Origin: Desulfuromonas sp. | Lineage (GTDB): Bacteria; Desulfobacterota; Desulfuromonadia; Desulfuromonadales; Geothermobacteraceae | Direction: 5' to 3' | Length of the DNA stretch: 64,000 bases | NCBI GenBank assembly: GCA_002868905.1 | Contig: PKUA01000012.1 | Coordinates: forward strand, 1,863-65,862 | Shown: piece by piece, positions 10,359 to 19,830 of the stretch | Numbering within the stretch: the first letter of the stretch is position 1 | How the letters are laid out: each line of letters starts with the position of its first letter | The notes under the pieces: generated by a model | Databases searched by the model: none | Told to the model about the DNA's origin: nothing | What the model saw: only the letters and a program-made list of their open reading frames with translations | Program-made: the position numbers and the translations under genes

Positions 10359-12569
10359 TTAAAGATAGGAGACCCGGGATCGTCTCTTTTCTGAACCGGC
10401 CGCAGCCTTGCCGTCGGCCATTGCATCCGCCAGGTCCCGCATGGCGCTGATCTTGTCACCAACCTCCCGAAAAAGACTATCGAGTTCTGCCACCTGTTTG
10501 TAATACTCAAGGGCGGCCTCCGGCTCTGCCTTGGCCTCTCCCAGCAACCCTAATTCAAAAAGAAGACTCTTGCGCTCAACGACTTCGAGGTCAGGATGAA
10601 GCAGGCCGAGTTTGAACAGCTTCTCCGCTCCATCGAAGTCTGACTTCTCAACCTGGCAGAGACCTTTTAGCAACAGACAGTCGATTAATCGCTCGGGGTG
10701 GCGCATCGCCTGGCTGAACTCGTTGATGGCGTCGTCCAGCAGCCCCATCTCCTTGTAGGCGATGCCGAGGTTGTAATGGGACTCGGCATCCTCGGCGGCG
10801 ATTTCGAACGGTTCCGTTCCCAGCAGGTTGGCGAGAGCCTGTTCCCAGGTGAGACCGGACTTTTCAGCCGGTCTTTGCCGCACCTCAGTGGTCTGCGCGG
10901 AAGATTTTCGGTCTTTTTCGTCCGAGTCATCGGCGATCTGCTCAAGTTTGGCTACGATTTCCGAATTGCCGGGATTTTCCAGCAAGAGAGCCTGGCAAAG
11001 ATTGATTGCCTCATCTTCCAGTCCCTGCTGCAGGTAAAAATCGACCTCATCCAACGCTGCGGCAACGTCTCCGGCCCCTGCTACCTTGGGTTTTTCCACA
11101 ACCGTTTCGGCAGTCTCCCCGGGTTGTTCTGCAACCGGTTCGAATCCCCCGAGCATATCAGAGATATCATCACCATCGAGTTCCAGTTCCAGCTCGTATT
11201 CCATCTCCGGTTCAACGCCTGGCGTTTCAGCCGCAACGGAGTCATCCTTTTCCGAGCCGTCAGCAGGTTCGGGCTCTTCGATTAATTCAGGTTCTTCGCT
11301 CTCATTGAGGTCCGTCGATTCGACCTCTTCAACCTCCATGGTGTCAAGTTCGGACTCGAGCTCCTCAAGAAAATCGAGGCCAACCTCATCCGCCCCGGCG
11401 CTTATCTCGTCTTCCGTCGCCTCACCCTGGTTGACAGCAGAGGGATCTATCGCCTCTACGCTCTCAGGCTCAAGAACCTCTTCGAGCTCCTCGATCTCCT
11501 CCAACTCCTCGATCTCTTCGAGTTCTTCCAGGACGTCTTCGTCACTTTCAACAGTACCTGCCGCGGAACTGCCGCCGCCCAATGCCGCCAGACCGGTCTG
11601 CACCATCGGGTTGTCAGGGAGCTTGGCCTGAACGGTCTCATAGACCTTGCGGACGAAGTCCTCATCCACGCTCATCAAGCCGGCACGGTACTTATCAATC
11701 GTCTGCAGAGCATCGACAAACTGTTCGGACAGCAGACATGATTCGACATAACGCTTCTGAAAGTCGGTGTTTTTTTCTTCCAGGTTCAACAGGCGCACCA
11801 GGGTGCGACGCTCCAGCGGATAGTTTCCGATTTTTCGCTGACCAACTGCCACCAGGTCAAGCAGGGCAACATCAGCCTCCCTGTTTTTCGCTACGTTTTC
11901 CAGCAACTTAACCCAGGCTGCGCTGTCGCCGGTCAGGATCTGGGCACGCCCTTTCTCAAATGAGATCTGATCATTCGCCGGGAAGTGCGGTAGAAACACA
12001 TCGCAGAGTCTGTTGACCTTCTGGAACTCTTTCTTGGAGACCAGGACATAGCAAACCTCGTTGAACAACTCCAGGCTTTCGTCCTGCATTCCGGTCTCGG
12101 CATAAATCTGCGCCAATTTGACCACAACACCGATGTTGTCGGGATCGAGCTCCCGCATTTTCTTCAGGACCTCGATCATCTGGAGCGAGTCACCCTGTTT
12201 CTGGTAAAACCCGATCAGATTCTGGTATTCCTTCTGGGCGTTCCCGGCCAATCCCTGCTTCTGATTCAGTTCGGCCAACTTCAGATAGTAATCCGGTTCC
12301 TCCGGGTTGCACCGCTGCATCTGCTTGTAAACGGCGATCGCCTTCAGGTTGAAACCATTTTCGGTATAGTGATTTGCAACGGCGGCATAATGCTCTAACG
12401 CCTTGTCGTTGCCCTTGGCGCGCACGTATAGCTCTGCCAGTTTCTGACGATGGCGGATATCTTTGGGGTCGCTTTCAACGATCTTCTCGTAATCTTTGAT
12501 CGCTTTGGCGAGCTGCCCTTTTTGCAAATTTTTCTGCGCTGATGCAATCAGCTTGGCCTTCTGGGACAA
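10359..12569 (-). CDS. Large TPR protein with central polyacidic linker (MshN-like partner of the ATPase)
   Basis: 736 aa with a TTG start. TPR repeats lie in the N- and C-terminal thirds. Residues of about 340-500 are almost entirely E/D/L/P/V low complexity. Confidence 0.8.
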   Translation of the reverse strand: MSQKAKLIASAQKNLQKGQLAKAIKDYEKIVESDPKDIRHRQKLAELYVRAKGNDKALEHYAAVANHYTENGFNLKAIAVYKQMQRCNPEEPDYYLKLAELNQKQGLAGNAQKEYQNLIGFYQKQGDSLQMIEVLKKMRELDPDNIGVVVKLAQIYAETGMQDESLELFNEVCYVLVSKKEFQKVNRLCDVFLPHFPANDQISFEKGRAQILTGDSAAWVKLLENVAKNREADVALLDLVAVGQRKIGNYPLERRTLVRLLNLEEKNTDFQKRYVESCLLSEQFVDALQTIDKYRAGLMSVDEDFVRKVYETVQAKLPDNPMVQTGLAALGGGSSAAGTVESDEDVLEELEEIEELEEIEELEEVLEPESVEAIDPSAVNQGEATEDEISAGADEVGLDFLEELESELDTMEVEEVESTDLNESEEPELIEEPEPADGSEKDDSVAAETPGVEPEMEYELELELDGDDISDMLGGFEPVAEQPGETAETVVEKPKVAGAGDVAAALDEVDFYLQQGLEDEAINLCQALLLENPGNSEIVAKLEQIADDSDEKDRKSSAQTTEVRQRPAEKSGLTWEQALANLLGTEPFEIAAEDAESHYNLGIAYKEMGLLDDAINEFSQAMRHPERLIDCLLLKGLCQVEKSDFDGAEKLFKLGLLHPDLEVVERKSLLFELGLLGEAKAEPEAALEYYKQVAELDSLFREVGDKISAMRDLADAMADGKAAAGSEKRRSRVSYL
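11478..11530 (-). repeat. 18-nt tandem coding repeat (EELEEI x3) inside the TPR gene
   Basis: ctcctcgatctc recurs at 11487 and 11505 with an 18-nt period. It translates to EELEEIEELEEIEELEEV. Confidence 0.8.
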
Positions 12570-12694
12570 AACCTGAAATACTCCTGACTAGGAACCAGAC
12601 CGTTCACACCGGCTACCTGCGGTTCGGTGGGATACCAAAACCTGAATGTAAACCACCGGGTTGCCAACTGTCAACTTCAAAACCTGCATATTTC

Positions 12695-14092
12695 CTAGAG
12701 TTGGCGAAGGTTTACACCACCCTCCCAATCCTCGACTTCGGCTCGTTTTTCTTCGAATCCCGGACGTTTCATCAAACCGTAAGTGAGCAACTTTCCCTCT
12801 TCGACACCGGGCTGATCAAGAGGATCAACCCGAAACAGCCCCCCGGCACATAACGTCTGGACCTCAAACAGGTAAATCAACTCTCCCAGACTCTCCGGAG
12901 ACACAGTCGACAGACGCAAAGCACAATTGGGCCTGCCGTTTTTACACAAGGCAAGAGCCGTGGCCCTCTGTTCACTTTTGATCAGATCTGCCATGCTCTG
13001 ACCGATGAGGTAATCGAGATCACCTGCCTCGGGGAAAGGGGGGATACCCACGTCTTCTCCGAAATCATCGACCGTCAGGAAGGTCACAACCTTGTCATGC
13101 GGACCTTCCATATAAAGTTGCACCTGCGAATGCTGATCGGTCGTTCCCAGAGCCTTGACCGGGGTCGGCCCGACATGCACCGTCTCACCATCGATGGAAA
13201 ATTTCTTCCCGAGGCTCTCAGCCCAGAGCTGCCGGTACCAATCAGCGACGTCACGCAACCGGTCGCTGTACGGCATCATGACCGAAATATGCAACCCCTT
13301 CTGGTAGGCGAGAAACTGCAAAACGGCATTCAGGTAGGCCGGATTTGTCTCAAGTTCGGGGCGAGTGGCCCGCTCGGCCATAGACCGGGCACCGGCCATC
13401 AGCCTTTGCAGCGGCACACCGACCGTCGCCAGCGGCATCAGCCCGACCGGTGTCAACACGGAGAACCGGCCGCCGACCCCGTCGGGAATCGCCAGTGCCC
13501 GGATCGATTCGCGGGTCGCCAGCGGTCGTAATGCCCCCTTGGCTGGATCTGTAACCAACACGAAATGATCTCGCCAGTCATTTCCGACCGCTTTTCTCAT
13601 CCATGCCTGGACCACCATGAACTGACAGCTGGTCTCAACCGTTGTACCCGATTTGGAGATCACACAGACACCGGTCTTGTTCGGGTCAAGGAAATTCAAC
13701 AGTTCGGAAAACCCTGCCGGATCGACATTGTCGGCAACGAACAGACGGGGACGGCTGCGCTGCTTTTCAGTCAACAAATTGTGCTGCAAAGGGACAAGGG
13801 CACGAAACAATGCCGTGGTCCCGAGGGCTGAACCGCCGATACCGAGGACCAGCAGGTTGTCGAACCGTTCCGCGAACTCGTCACCGAGTTGCTGACACTC
13901 GGCCATCATCTCCTCCCGGAAAGGGAGATCGAAAAAGGGAAGCATTCCCTGTTTCCGTCGCGCATGCAGGTCAGCGTGAATCTCGGCGACCGTCGGGGCG
14001 AGCCCTGCGATCTCCACATCGCGCAACCCGTGCTCCTCGCCGACAACATCGGCCATCATATTGGTATAGTCGAGGCGGACCGTCATTTTCAA
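12695..14092 (-). CDS. pgi: Glucose-6-phosphate isomerase (short bacterial/archaeal type)
   Basis: 465 aa. Contains LVLGIGGSALGTTAL, ISKSGTTVETS and GGRFSVLTPVGL, the SIS-domain PGI motifs. Confidence 0.88.
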   Translation of the reverse strand: MKMTVRLDYTNMMADVVGEEHGLRDVEIAGLAPTVAEIHADLHARRKQGMLPFFDLPFREEMMAECQQLGDEFAERFDNLLVLGIGGSALGTTALFRALVPLQHNLLTEKQRSRPRLFVADNVDPAGFSELLNFLDPNKTGVCVISKSGTTVETSCQFMVVQAWMRKAVGNDWRDHFVLVTDPAKGALRPLATRESIRALAIPDGVGGRFSVLTPVGLMPLATVGVPLQRLMAGARSMAERATRPELETNPAYLNAVLQFLAYQKGLHISVMMPYSDRLRDVADWYRQLWAESLGKKFSIDGETVHVGPTPVKALGTTDQHSQVQLYMEGPHDKVVTFLTVDDFGEDVGIPPFPEAGDLDYLIGQSMADLIKSEQRATALALCKNGRPNCALRLSTVSPESLGELIYLFEVQTLCAGGLFRVDPLDQPGVEEGKLLTYGLMKRPGFEEKRAEVEDWEGGVNLRQL

Positions 14093-14189
14093 ACCCCTTT
14101 CGTCTGATTTCGAGAATTCGGGTAATTTTTCAAACCGGGGCAGGACAAAGACTTCGAATGGCTACCACCTTTCAACCGTCGCAAAAGGA

Positions 14190-14921
14190 TTATGCCATCC
14201 CGGTCGCTTTTTTCAATGCGGCAATTTCACCGGCTCGCAACCGGCGGACCTCCCCCAGGGGCAGATTGCCGACGTCAACCGGTCCGATTTGAGTTCGACG
14301 CAATCGACTGACCGGGCAGCCAACAGCTTCGCACATCCGGCGGACCTGGCGGTTACGTCCCTCGCGCAAGGAAATTTCCACCAGACTATGGCTGCCACCA
14401 CCGCGAATCCTTCTGACCTTGGCCGGGAGGGTCGGGCCGTCATCGAGCACGACGCCTGCGGCGAGCCGCCGACAAACATCGTCCGAAACCTTCCCGCGCA
14501 CTCTGACCTGGTAGGTCTTGGTGACCTTGAAACGTGGGTGCTGCAGGCGGCGCGCCAGTTCGCCGTCGTTGGTGAAGAGTAAGGCGCCTTCCGTGTTGAA
14601 ATCGAGTCGTCCAACGGCCTGAACTCTATCCCGGTCTTCACCGAGCAGGGAATAGACGATCGGTCGTCCCTGGGGATCACTGCGGGTGGTCAGAAATCCG
14701 GTCGGCTTGTTGAGCAAAAGATAGACCTGGTCGGTCCTGGCCCGGACCCTACGACCGTCAACATCAACCCTGTCCGTCTCCGGAAGAACCCGCATCCCCA
14801 ATTCCGCCCGGACACCATTGACCAGGACTCGACCTTCGACAATCAACCTCTCGGCCTGACGGCGGGAAGCAACTCCGGCCTGGGCAAGAAATTTTTGCAG
14901 CCGCACCTCCTCCTGACTCAA
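14190..14921 (-). CDS. rluB: Pseudouridine synthase, RsuA/RluB family with N-terminal S4 domain
   Basis: Contains RLQKFLAQAGVASRRQAERLI (S4 domain) and the catalytic motif GRLDFNTEGALLFTNDG. Follows scpB, as in many genomes. Confidence 0.8.
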   Translation of the reverse strand: MSQEEVRLQKFLAQAGVASRRQAERLIVEGRVLVNGVRAELGMRVLPETDRVDVDGRRVRARTDQVYLLLNKPTGFLTTRSDPQGRPIVYSLLGEDRDRVQAVGRLDFNTEGALLFTNDGELARRLQHPRFKVTKTYQVRVRGKVSDDVCRRLAAGVVLDDGPTLPAKVRRIRGGGSHSLVEISLREGRNRQVRRMCEAVGCPVSRLRRTQIGPVDVGNLPLGEVRRLRAGEIAALKKATGMA

Positions 14922-15550
14922 GGGTTGGCTTCTCCCGCTTGAGATCCACCATCCTCGACAGTCGATTTTTCGTTGCCAGAGGTTGCCATTTCCGCTTCCC
15001 GAAGTTCCTTGTCGATGTCGGCAATCTCCTTGAGGGTCGGCAATGCAGCCAGGTCAGCCAAACCGAAAAGCTCGAGGAACTGGCGGGTTGTTCCGTAAAT
15101 CAGTGGTTTGCCCGGGACATCCTTCTTGCCGAGAATCCTCACGAGGTGTTTCTCCAACAAGGTCTTGAGCACTCCTCCGGAGTCGACTCCGCGCAGATAC
15201 TCGATTTCCGGCCGCGTGACCGGCTGTCGGTAAGCAATGATAGCCAACGTCTCCAGAGCCGGACGGGAGAACCTGAAAGGGCGGCTGCCGGCCAGGCGCC
15301 TCACCCATTCGGCATTTTGTTCAATGGTCCTGAATTGATAGCCATTTCCGACAAAGGCGATCTCAATCCCCGCCTCCCGCTGCCGATACGATTCCTGCAA
15401 CGCCTCGATAGCCTGCCTGACTTCGCTTCGCTCCAGCTCAAGGAGTTCGGCCAGCCTCTCGATCCGCAACGGACTCTCCGCAACCAACAACAGAGACTCG
15501 ATGACACTTTGCAATTCATTCGTATCCAAACTGCCCATCCTCCAATTCAT
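14918..15550 (-). CDS. scpB: Segregation and condensation protein B
   Basis: Contains IESLLLVAESPL...IAYRQPVTRPEIEYLRGVDSGGVLKTLLEKHLV. The start may be ATG 15538. Confidence 0.9.
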   Translation of the reverse strand: MNWRMGSLDTNELQSVIESLLLVAESPLRIERLAELLELERSEVRQAIEALQESYRQREAGIEIAFVGNGYQFRTIEQNAEWVRRLAGSRPFRFSRPALETLAIIAYRQPVTRPEIEYLRGVDSGGVLKTLLEKHLVRILGKKDVPGKPLIYGTTRQFLELFGLADLAALPTLKEIADIDKELREAEMATSGNEKSTVEDGGSQAGEANP

Positions 15551-16292
15551 GCGGTGTCAATTCGTCGACCGGAACAGCAGGGAACAGCCAGATCGTACCC
15601 TGGCGGGAGTTCTGCATCACCTTGACTGTCCGCATCTTGACCAACTCCAGAACAGCAAGGAAGGTCGCAACAACCAGAGAGCGATCCGTGCTGCCCAGAA
15701 AAAGATCCTTGAAGGCGACACTTGACTTGCTGGTCAATTCGTCAAGAATATGGTTGATCCGGTCCGACACGGAAAATGTATTCTGGGTGATCTCGTGGAC
15801 TGTTTCCGGCCGGGCGTCTTTTAACAGGGCCTGCAGAGCACTGACCAGGTCGAAAATCCCCACCTCCACAAAGGCGACCTCCGAATCCCGCAGCTCAGGC
15901 GGGACCCCTTCTTCCCGGGTAAAGACATCACGGCCGAGCAACGCCTTGTCATCGAGTTCGAGAGAAGCCTCCTTGTATTTCTGGTATTCGAGCAACCGCG
16001 CGACCAATTCGGCCCGCGGGTCGGCCTCTTCGGACTCTTCTTCATTTTCGATCTCCGGGTTCGGCAGCAGCATTGCCGACTTGATCTGCAGCAGGGTTGC
16101 AGCCATAACCAGAAACTCACCGGCAACATCGAGGTTCAGTGACTTCATGTCGTCAAGAATCCCGAGATACTGGTCGGCAATTTCGGCGATCTGGATATCG
16201 TAGATATCCATCTCATGCTTGCGAATCAGATGAAGCAGCAGATCAAGCGGCCCCTCGAAGGCATCAAGTCGAACGGCGAACGGGCTTGTCAT
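15516..16292 (-). CDS. scpA: Segregation and condensation protein A
   Basis: Contains FEGPLDLLLHLIRKHEMDIYDIQIAEIADQY. Start at ATG 16292, forming an ATGA overlap with the upstream stop. The track ORF extends to 16397. Confidence 0.9.
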   Translation of the reverse strand: MTSPFAVRLDAFEGPLDLLLHLIRKHEMDIYDIQIAEIADQYLGILDDMKSLNLDVAGEFLVMAATLLQIKSAMLLPNPEIENEEESEEADPRAELVARLLEYQKYKEASLELDDKALLGRDVFTREEGVPPELRDSEVAFVEVGIFDLVSALQALLKDARPETVHEITQNTFSVSDRINHILDELTSKSSVAFKDLFLGSTDRSLVVATFLAVLELVKMRTVKVMQNSRQGTIWLFPAVPVDELTPHELEDGQFGYE

Positions 16293-17050
16293 GAGCGGCT
16301 CAAAAGAAAATCCATGGCGGTTTGTACAATCACCAGCGACGGCCCGGCCAGAAAAATGACAACCTGGTTGATCAAGGGTTGGAATACTAGCCGCCACAAA
16401 TCGGTATAGAAAATCAGCAGCAACACGATGATGAAACCGAAGGGTTCCAGGGAAGCCATCACCTTGGACGCACGCGCAGGCAGCAGCCCGATGACGACCC
16501 GGCCGCCGTCAAATGGTGGAAGCGGCACCAGATTGAACAACCCGAGCAGAACATTGATGTAGAGGCTGAAACCGATCATCAGGGCCAGTGGCTCAAGCAC
16601 CATCCCCCCCAGGCTCCCCTGCTGCGGAAGAAATCCACCAAAATGAATCAACAGGCGAAGCAGCAGGGCCGAGGCCAAGGCGAGAGTCAGGTTCATCAAC
16701 GGACCGCCGAGGGAGACCCAGATCATGTCACGTTGCGGATGCCGCAGATTTCCGAAATTGACCGGGACGGGCTTGGCCCAGCCGAACCCGAACAACAGCA
16801 GTGCCAATGTCCCGATCGGGTCGAGATGTTTCAACGGGTTCAGGGTCAGGCGGCCGAGCAGACGCGCGGTCGGGTCACCGAACTTCTCGGCCAGGTAACC
16901 GTGGGCCACCTCGTGCAAGGTAATCGCAAACAACCCGGGAACCAGCATGATTGATATTTTCAGAACAATATTTTCCACGACAACTCGACAATCTATCGAT
17001 AACGATCCGGCCTGAGCCAACAACGGCAGGGCACACCAGGCAGCCAACAA
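16289..17050 (-). CDS. Site-2 protease family (M50) membrane metalloprotease
   Basis: HEVAHG zinc motif and RLTLNPLKHLDPIGT. Polytopic. The true start may be GTG 16978 (VENIVLKISIML). Confidence 0.8.
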   Translation of the reverse strand: MLAAWCALPLLAQAGSLSIDCRVVVENIVLKISIMLVPGLFAITLHEVAHGYLAEKFGDPTARLLGRLTLNPLKHLDPIGTLALLLFGFGWAKPVPVNFGNLRHPQRDMIWVSLGGPLMNLTLALASALLLRLLIHFGGFLPQQGSLGGMVLEPLALMIGFSLYINVLLGLFNLVPLPPFDGGRVVIGLLPARASKVMASLEPFGFIIVLLLIFYTDLWRLVFQPLINQVVIFLAGPSLVIVQTAMDFLLSRS

Positions 17051-17099
17051 TTAACCACAACGATCACCCCGGAGCAGCAACCTGAACGACTGACACCAT

Positions 17100-19745
17100 T
17101 TAACGAAGATAGCGCTTGCGCAACCAGGTCATTTCGTCCTTGCGGGTTACGACCTTACCATTGAGTCTGGCATCTCGCAACGCTTCCAGTTTCTCCTTAA
17201 AATCGGGACCGGGCTGCAAGCCGAGCCGAATGAGATCGTTCCCGCCGAGTTCAGGCCTGACATGCCTCAACCGACTGATGAAATCGGTCAGCCAGCGACG
17301 GACCTGTTCCTCCTTTGCCTGACCGAGCATGAGCAGCAGAATTTCGAGATTGAACGGCTCCAACAAGTGGACGACCTCGCTATTGCTCGGCTTTCGCTTT
17401 CGTTTCAGCCAACGATGTAACCGCTGGAACACATTTCGGCAGGCGGGGACCTGGTCGAAAATTATCTCCTGGTGTCGATGGGCAAGCCCGAGCCGGCGGG
17501 CAAGAGGCTGCAGGTCGCCAGCGGGGAGTTTGACCGTCAATGCGAGGAGAAAAACCAGCCATTTATCGATATGTTCCCCGGTGTAAAGCAGACCGAACCA
17601 GTTCAGGGCCTCAACAGCTCCCGCCATACCCGCTTCAACTCGCGCGTCGATTTCAAGCTTGGGATGGATACAGGACAACAGGTCCAGGGTTTCGAGCCGG
17701 CGCACGGCAGCTATCGCATCGGCCTCTTCGAGAATCAGCCGAAGTTCGTTGCCGAGACGGGGCCCACTGACCCGGTCGACAAAGGCATCACGCACGGAAT
17801 TTCGCAGCAGCCTTTCGGTCGCACGCCCGAGATGAAACCCGAGTCGCATCTCAAAACGGACAGCCCGGAAAACCCTGGTCGGGTCTTCGATAAAGCTCAA
17901 ATTGTGCAACACGCGAATCGCACGATCCTTCAGATCACGCTGGGCGCCAAAGAAGTCGAGTAACAGGCCGAAAGAATCCTGGTTCAAAGCTATGGCGAGG
18001 GTGTTGATGGTAAAATCGCGTCGGGACAGGTCGTTTTTAATGGAAGCGTGCTCGATGGTCGGCAAGGCTGCCGGCTCGCTGTAGAATTCGATACGGGCCG
18101 AAGCGATATCTATTTTCCGCCCGTCGGGACAGACAACGACCGCAGTTTCGAATTTCTGGTGTGAGCGAACACGACCGTCCAGCCGCGCGGACAGGGCTCG
18201 GGCGAAAGCAATCCCCCCCCCTTCCACCACCAGGTCGAGATCGAAGTTCTCTTTGCGCAACAGCAGATCCCGAACGAAACCACCGACGATGAATACCGAA
18301 ATCTGCAACTCGTCAGCGACGGCACCGGCCGTCTGCAGCAAGTCAAAAATCTCTTCCGGCAGCCGTTCACGCATCAGACTGAACATCCGCTTTTTCTTGA
18401 CCCAACTCCCCGCGGCGATCCGCTGGGCCGGTGGCTCGGGGTCGCCGTCGTGGGAGCTGAGCAGATGGCGCAGCAGGTCGGTACGGGTCAACGCGCCAAC
18501 CGGTCGGCCGTCTTCGCCTACGACCGGCAGGAAACGGAAATGGGCATCAAGGATCATCTGTTGCAGCTCGAGCAACGGCGTCTCCGGGGTCACCACCGGA
18601 TAATCGGCGTCCATGAATTCACTGACCCGGTGTTGATTCAGGTTGTGATGAGTGGCACGATCGACCATCTGGCGGGTGATCACACCGACAACGTGCGCGC
18701 CCTCCAGAACCGGCATGGCATTGACCTGGTAACGCAGAAACTGCTGCCGCGCGGTTTCGATATCACTTTCGGCCGGAATCGCCTTAACCGGTTGCGACAT
18801 GAGATGTCCCGCCCGCCAGTGGGGTTGGACCTGCGCATCCAACACCCAACCGAGCTTATCGAGGACCTGGACCAGGGTCTGATCCCGGACCGTTGCGGAT
18901 GCGGCAAAACTGTGCCCACCGCCGCCGAACTCGGCCAGAATACGACCGACATGAACCTCCGGCAGACGTGAACGGCCGATCAGAAAGACCCGGTCCCCGG
19001 TTCGCACGGCGATAATAAGCGCATCCAGTTCCTCCATGTCGCGCAGTTTGTGCGCCAGAACAGCGAGATCACCGACCTGTCTTTCGCTGCTCGCGTGGGC
19101 TACGACAACCACATGTCCGCGAATGGAGATCTCCTTGCGGTTGGAGAGCAGGTCGTGAAGCAGGGCGACCTGTTCGGCTGTCAGTTCCTGGGTCAGGAAA
19201 TCGGCAACCGCATCCAGATCCGCACCGTGTCGGTACAGAAAAGCGCCGGCATGAAAATCGTCAACGGTGGTCGATGAAAAAAGGAGGTTGCCGGTGTCCT
19301 CGTAGAGGCCGAGCATCATCATCGTCGCCTCTTCGGGTGTCGGCTCGATAGCTCTTTCCTGGAAGATTTGGCAGAACAGGGTCACCGTGGAACCGACCGG
19401 ACGCAACACTTCAAGCTCACCTTTCAGGTCAGCCGTTTCGTCCGGATGATGGTCGTAAATATGGAGGGACACGTCGGACCTGGCCACCACCTCGGCAAAT
19501 GGACCGATTCGTTTCGAATGGCGCACATCGACCAGGATCAAGCGCTCGATCTTGTTCAGATCGATCTCCTTGATCCGTTTGAAGTCAAAAGCGTAGGCGG
19601 TACTGTGGACGAAAAACTCCCTGAGATTCTTCTCCTGAGCTCCCGGGAAAACCATAGAGGCGTTGGGATAGAGCCGTTTCGCGGCGATCATCGCCCCAAG
19701 ACAGTCGAAGTCGGCGTTGATGTGAGTGGTGATGACTTCGCGCAC
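17100..19745 (-). CDS. Multidomain DHH/DHHA1 phosphoesterase - CBS pair - poly(A) polymerase/tRNA nucleotidyltransferase fusion
   Basis: 881 aa with a GTG start. N-terminal DHH motifs (NADFDCLGA, IYDHHP, GGGGHSFAASA). A central CBS pair. C-terminal GGFVRDLLL..DLDLVV and RDFTINTLA of the PcnB/CCA family. Confidence 0.85.
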   Translation of the reverse strand: MREVITTHINADFDCLGAMIAAKRLYPNASMVFPGAQEKNLREFFVHSTAYAFDFKRIKEIDLNKIERLILVDVRHSKRIGPFAEVVARSDVSLHIYDHHPDETADLKGELEVLRPVGSTVTLFCQIFQERAIEPTPEEATMMMLGLYEDTGNLLFSSTTVDDFHAGAFLYRHGADLDAVADFLTQELTAEQVALLHDLLSNRKEISIRGHVVVVAHASSERQVGDLAVLAHKLRDMEELDALIIAVRTGDRVFLIGRSRLPEVHVGRILAEFGGGGHSFAASATVRDQTLVQVLDKLGWVLDAQVQPHWRAGHLMSQPVKAIPAESDIETARQQFLRYQVNAMPVLEGAHVVGVITRQMVDRATHHNLNQHRVSEFMDADYPVVTPETPLLELQQMILDAHFRFLPVVGEDGRPVGALTRTDLLRHLLSSHDGDPEPPAQRIAAGSWVKKKRMFSLMRERLPEEIFDLLQTAGAVADELQISVFIVGGFVRDLLLRKENFDLDLVVEGGGIAFARALSARLDGRVRSHQKFETAVVVCPDGRKIDIASARIEFYSEPAALPTIEHASIKNDLSRRDFTINTLAIALNQDSFGLLLDFFGAQRDLKDRAIRVLHNLSFIEDPTRVFRAVRFEMRLGFHLGRATERLLRNSVRDAFVDRVSGPRLGNELRLILEEADAIAAVRRLETLDLLSCIHPKLEIDARVEAGMAGAVEALNWFGLLYTGEHIDKWLVFLLALTVKLPAGDLQPLARRLGLAHRHQEIIFDQVPACRNVFQRLHRWLKRKRKPSNSEVVHLLEPFNLEILLLMLGQAKEEQVRRWLTDFISRLRHVRPELGGNDLIRLGLQPGPDFKEKLEALRDARLNGKVVTRKDEMTWLRKRYLR

Positions 19746-19830
19746 TATGCCCCCGTCAAAAAAGACCCAAGAAGTGTCGACCCGGCGGATCCGCTAACAC
19801 GCATTCGGCAGGTCGGCAATGCCACATCAA

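Noticed and set aside
11137-11147. GGTTCGAATCC, a tRNA T-loop-like string
   Set aside because: The flanks (accgg / ccccc) cannot form a T-stem, and no acceptor or anticodon arms are present. It lies inside the TPR coding region. I saw no tRNA anywhere in the window.
16978-17050. N-terminal extensions of many track ORFs (for example M50 protease, scpA, hldE, pyrK, ridA, cysQ, msbA, bamA, miaA)
   Set aside because: The longest-ORF starts overlap upstream genes or hairpins. Internal starts give canonical N-termini and ATGA/GTGA/TGATG coupling, so I trimmed them rather than treating the extensions as novel domains.
19760-19800. Palindromes GCGGATCCGC and GTCGAC plus a T6 run downstream of pyrD as a possible terminator
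   Set aside because: The palindromes have no loop, and the sequence before the T-run forms direct repeats rather than inverted ones (GGGTC...GGGTC). No convincing stem is present.
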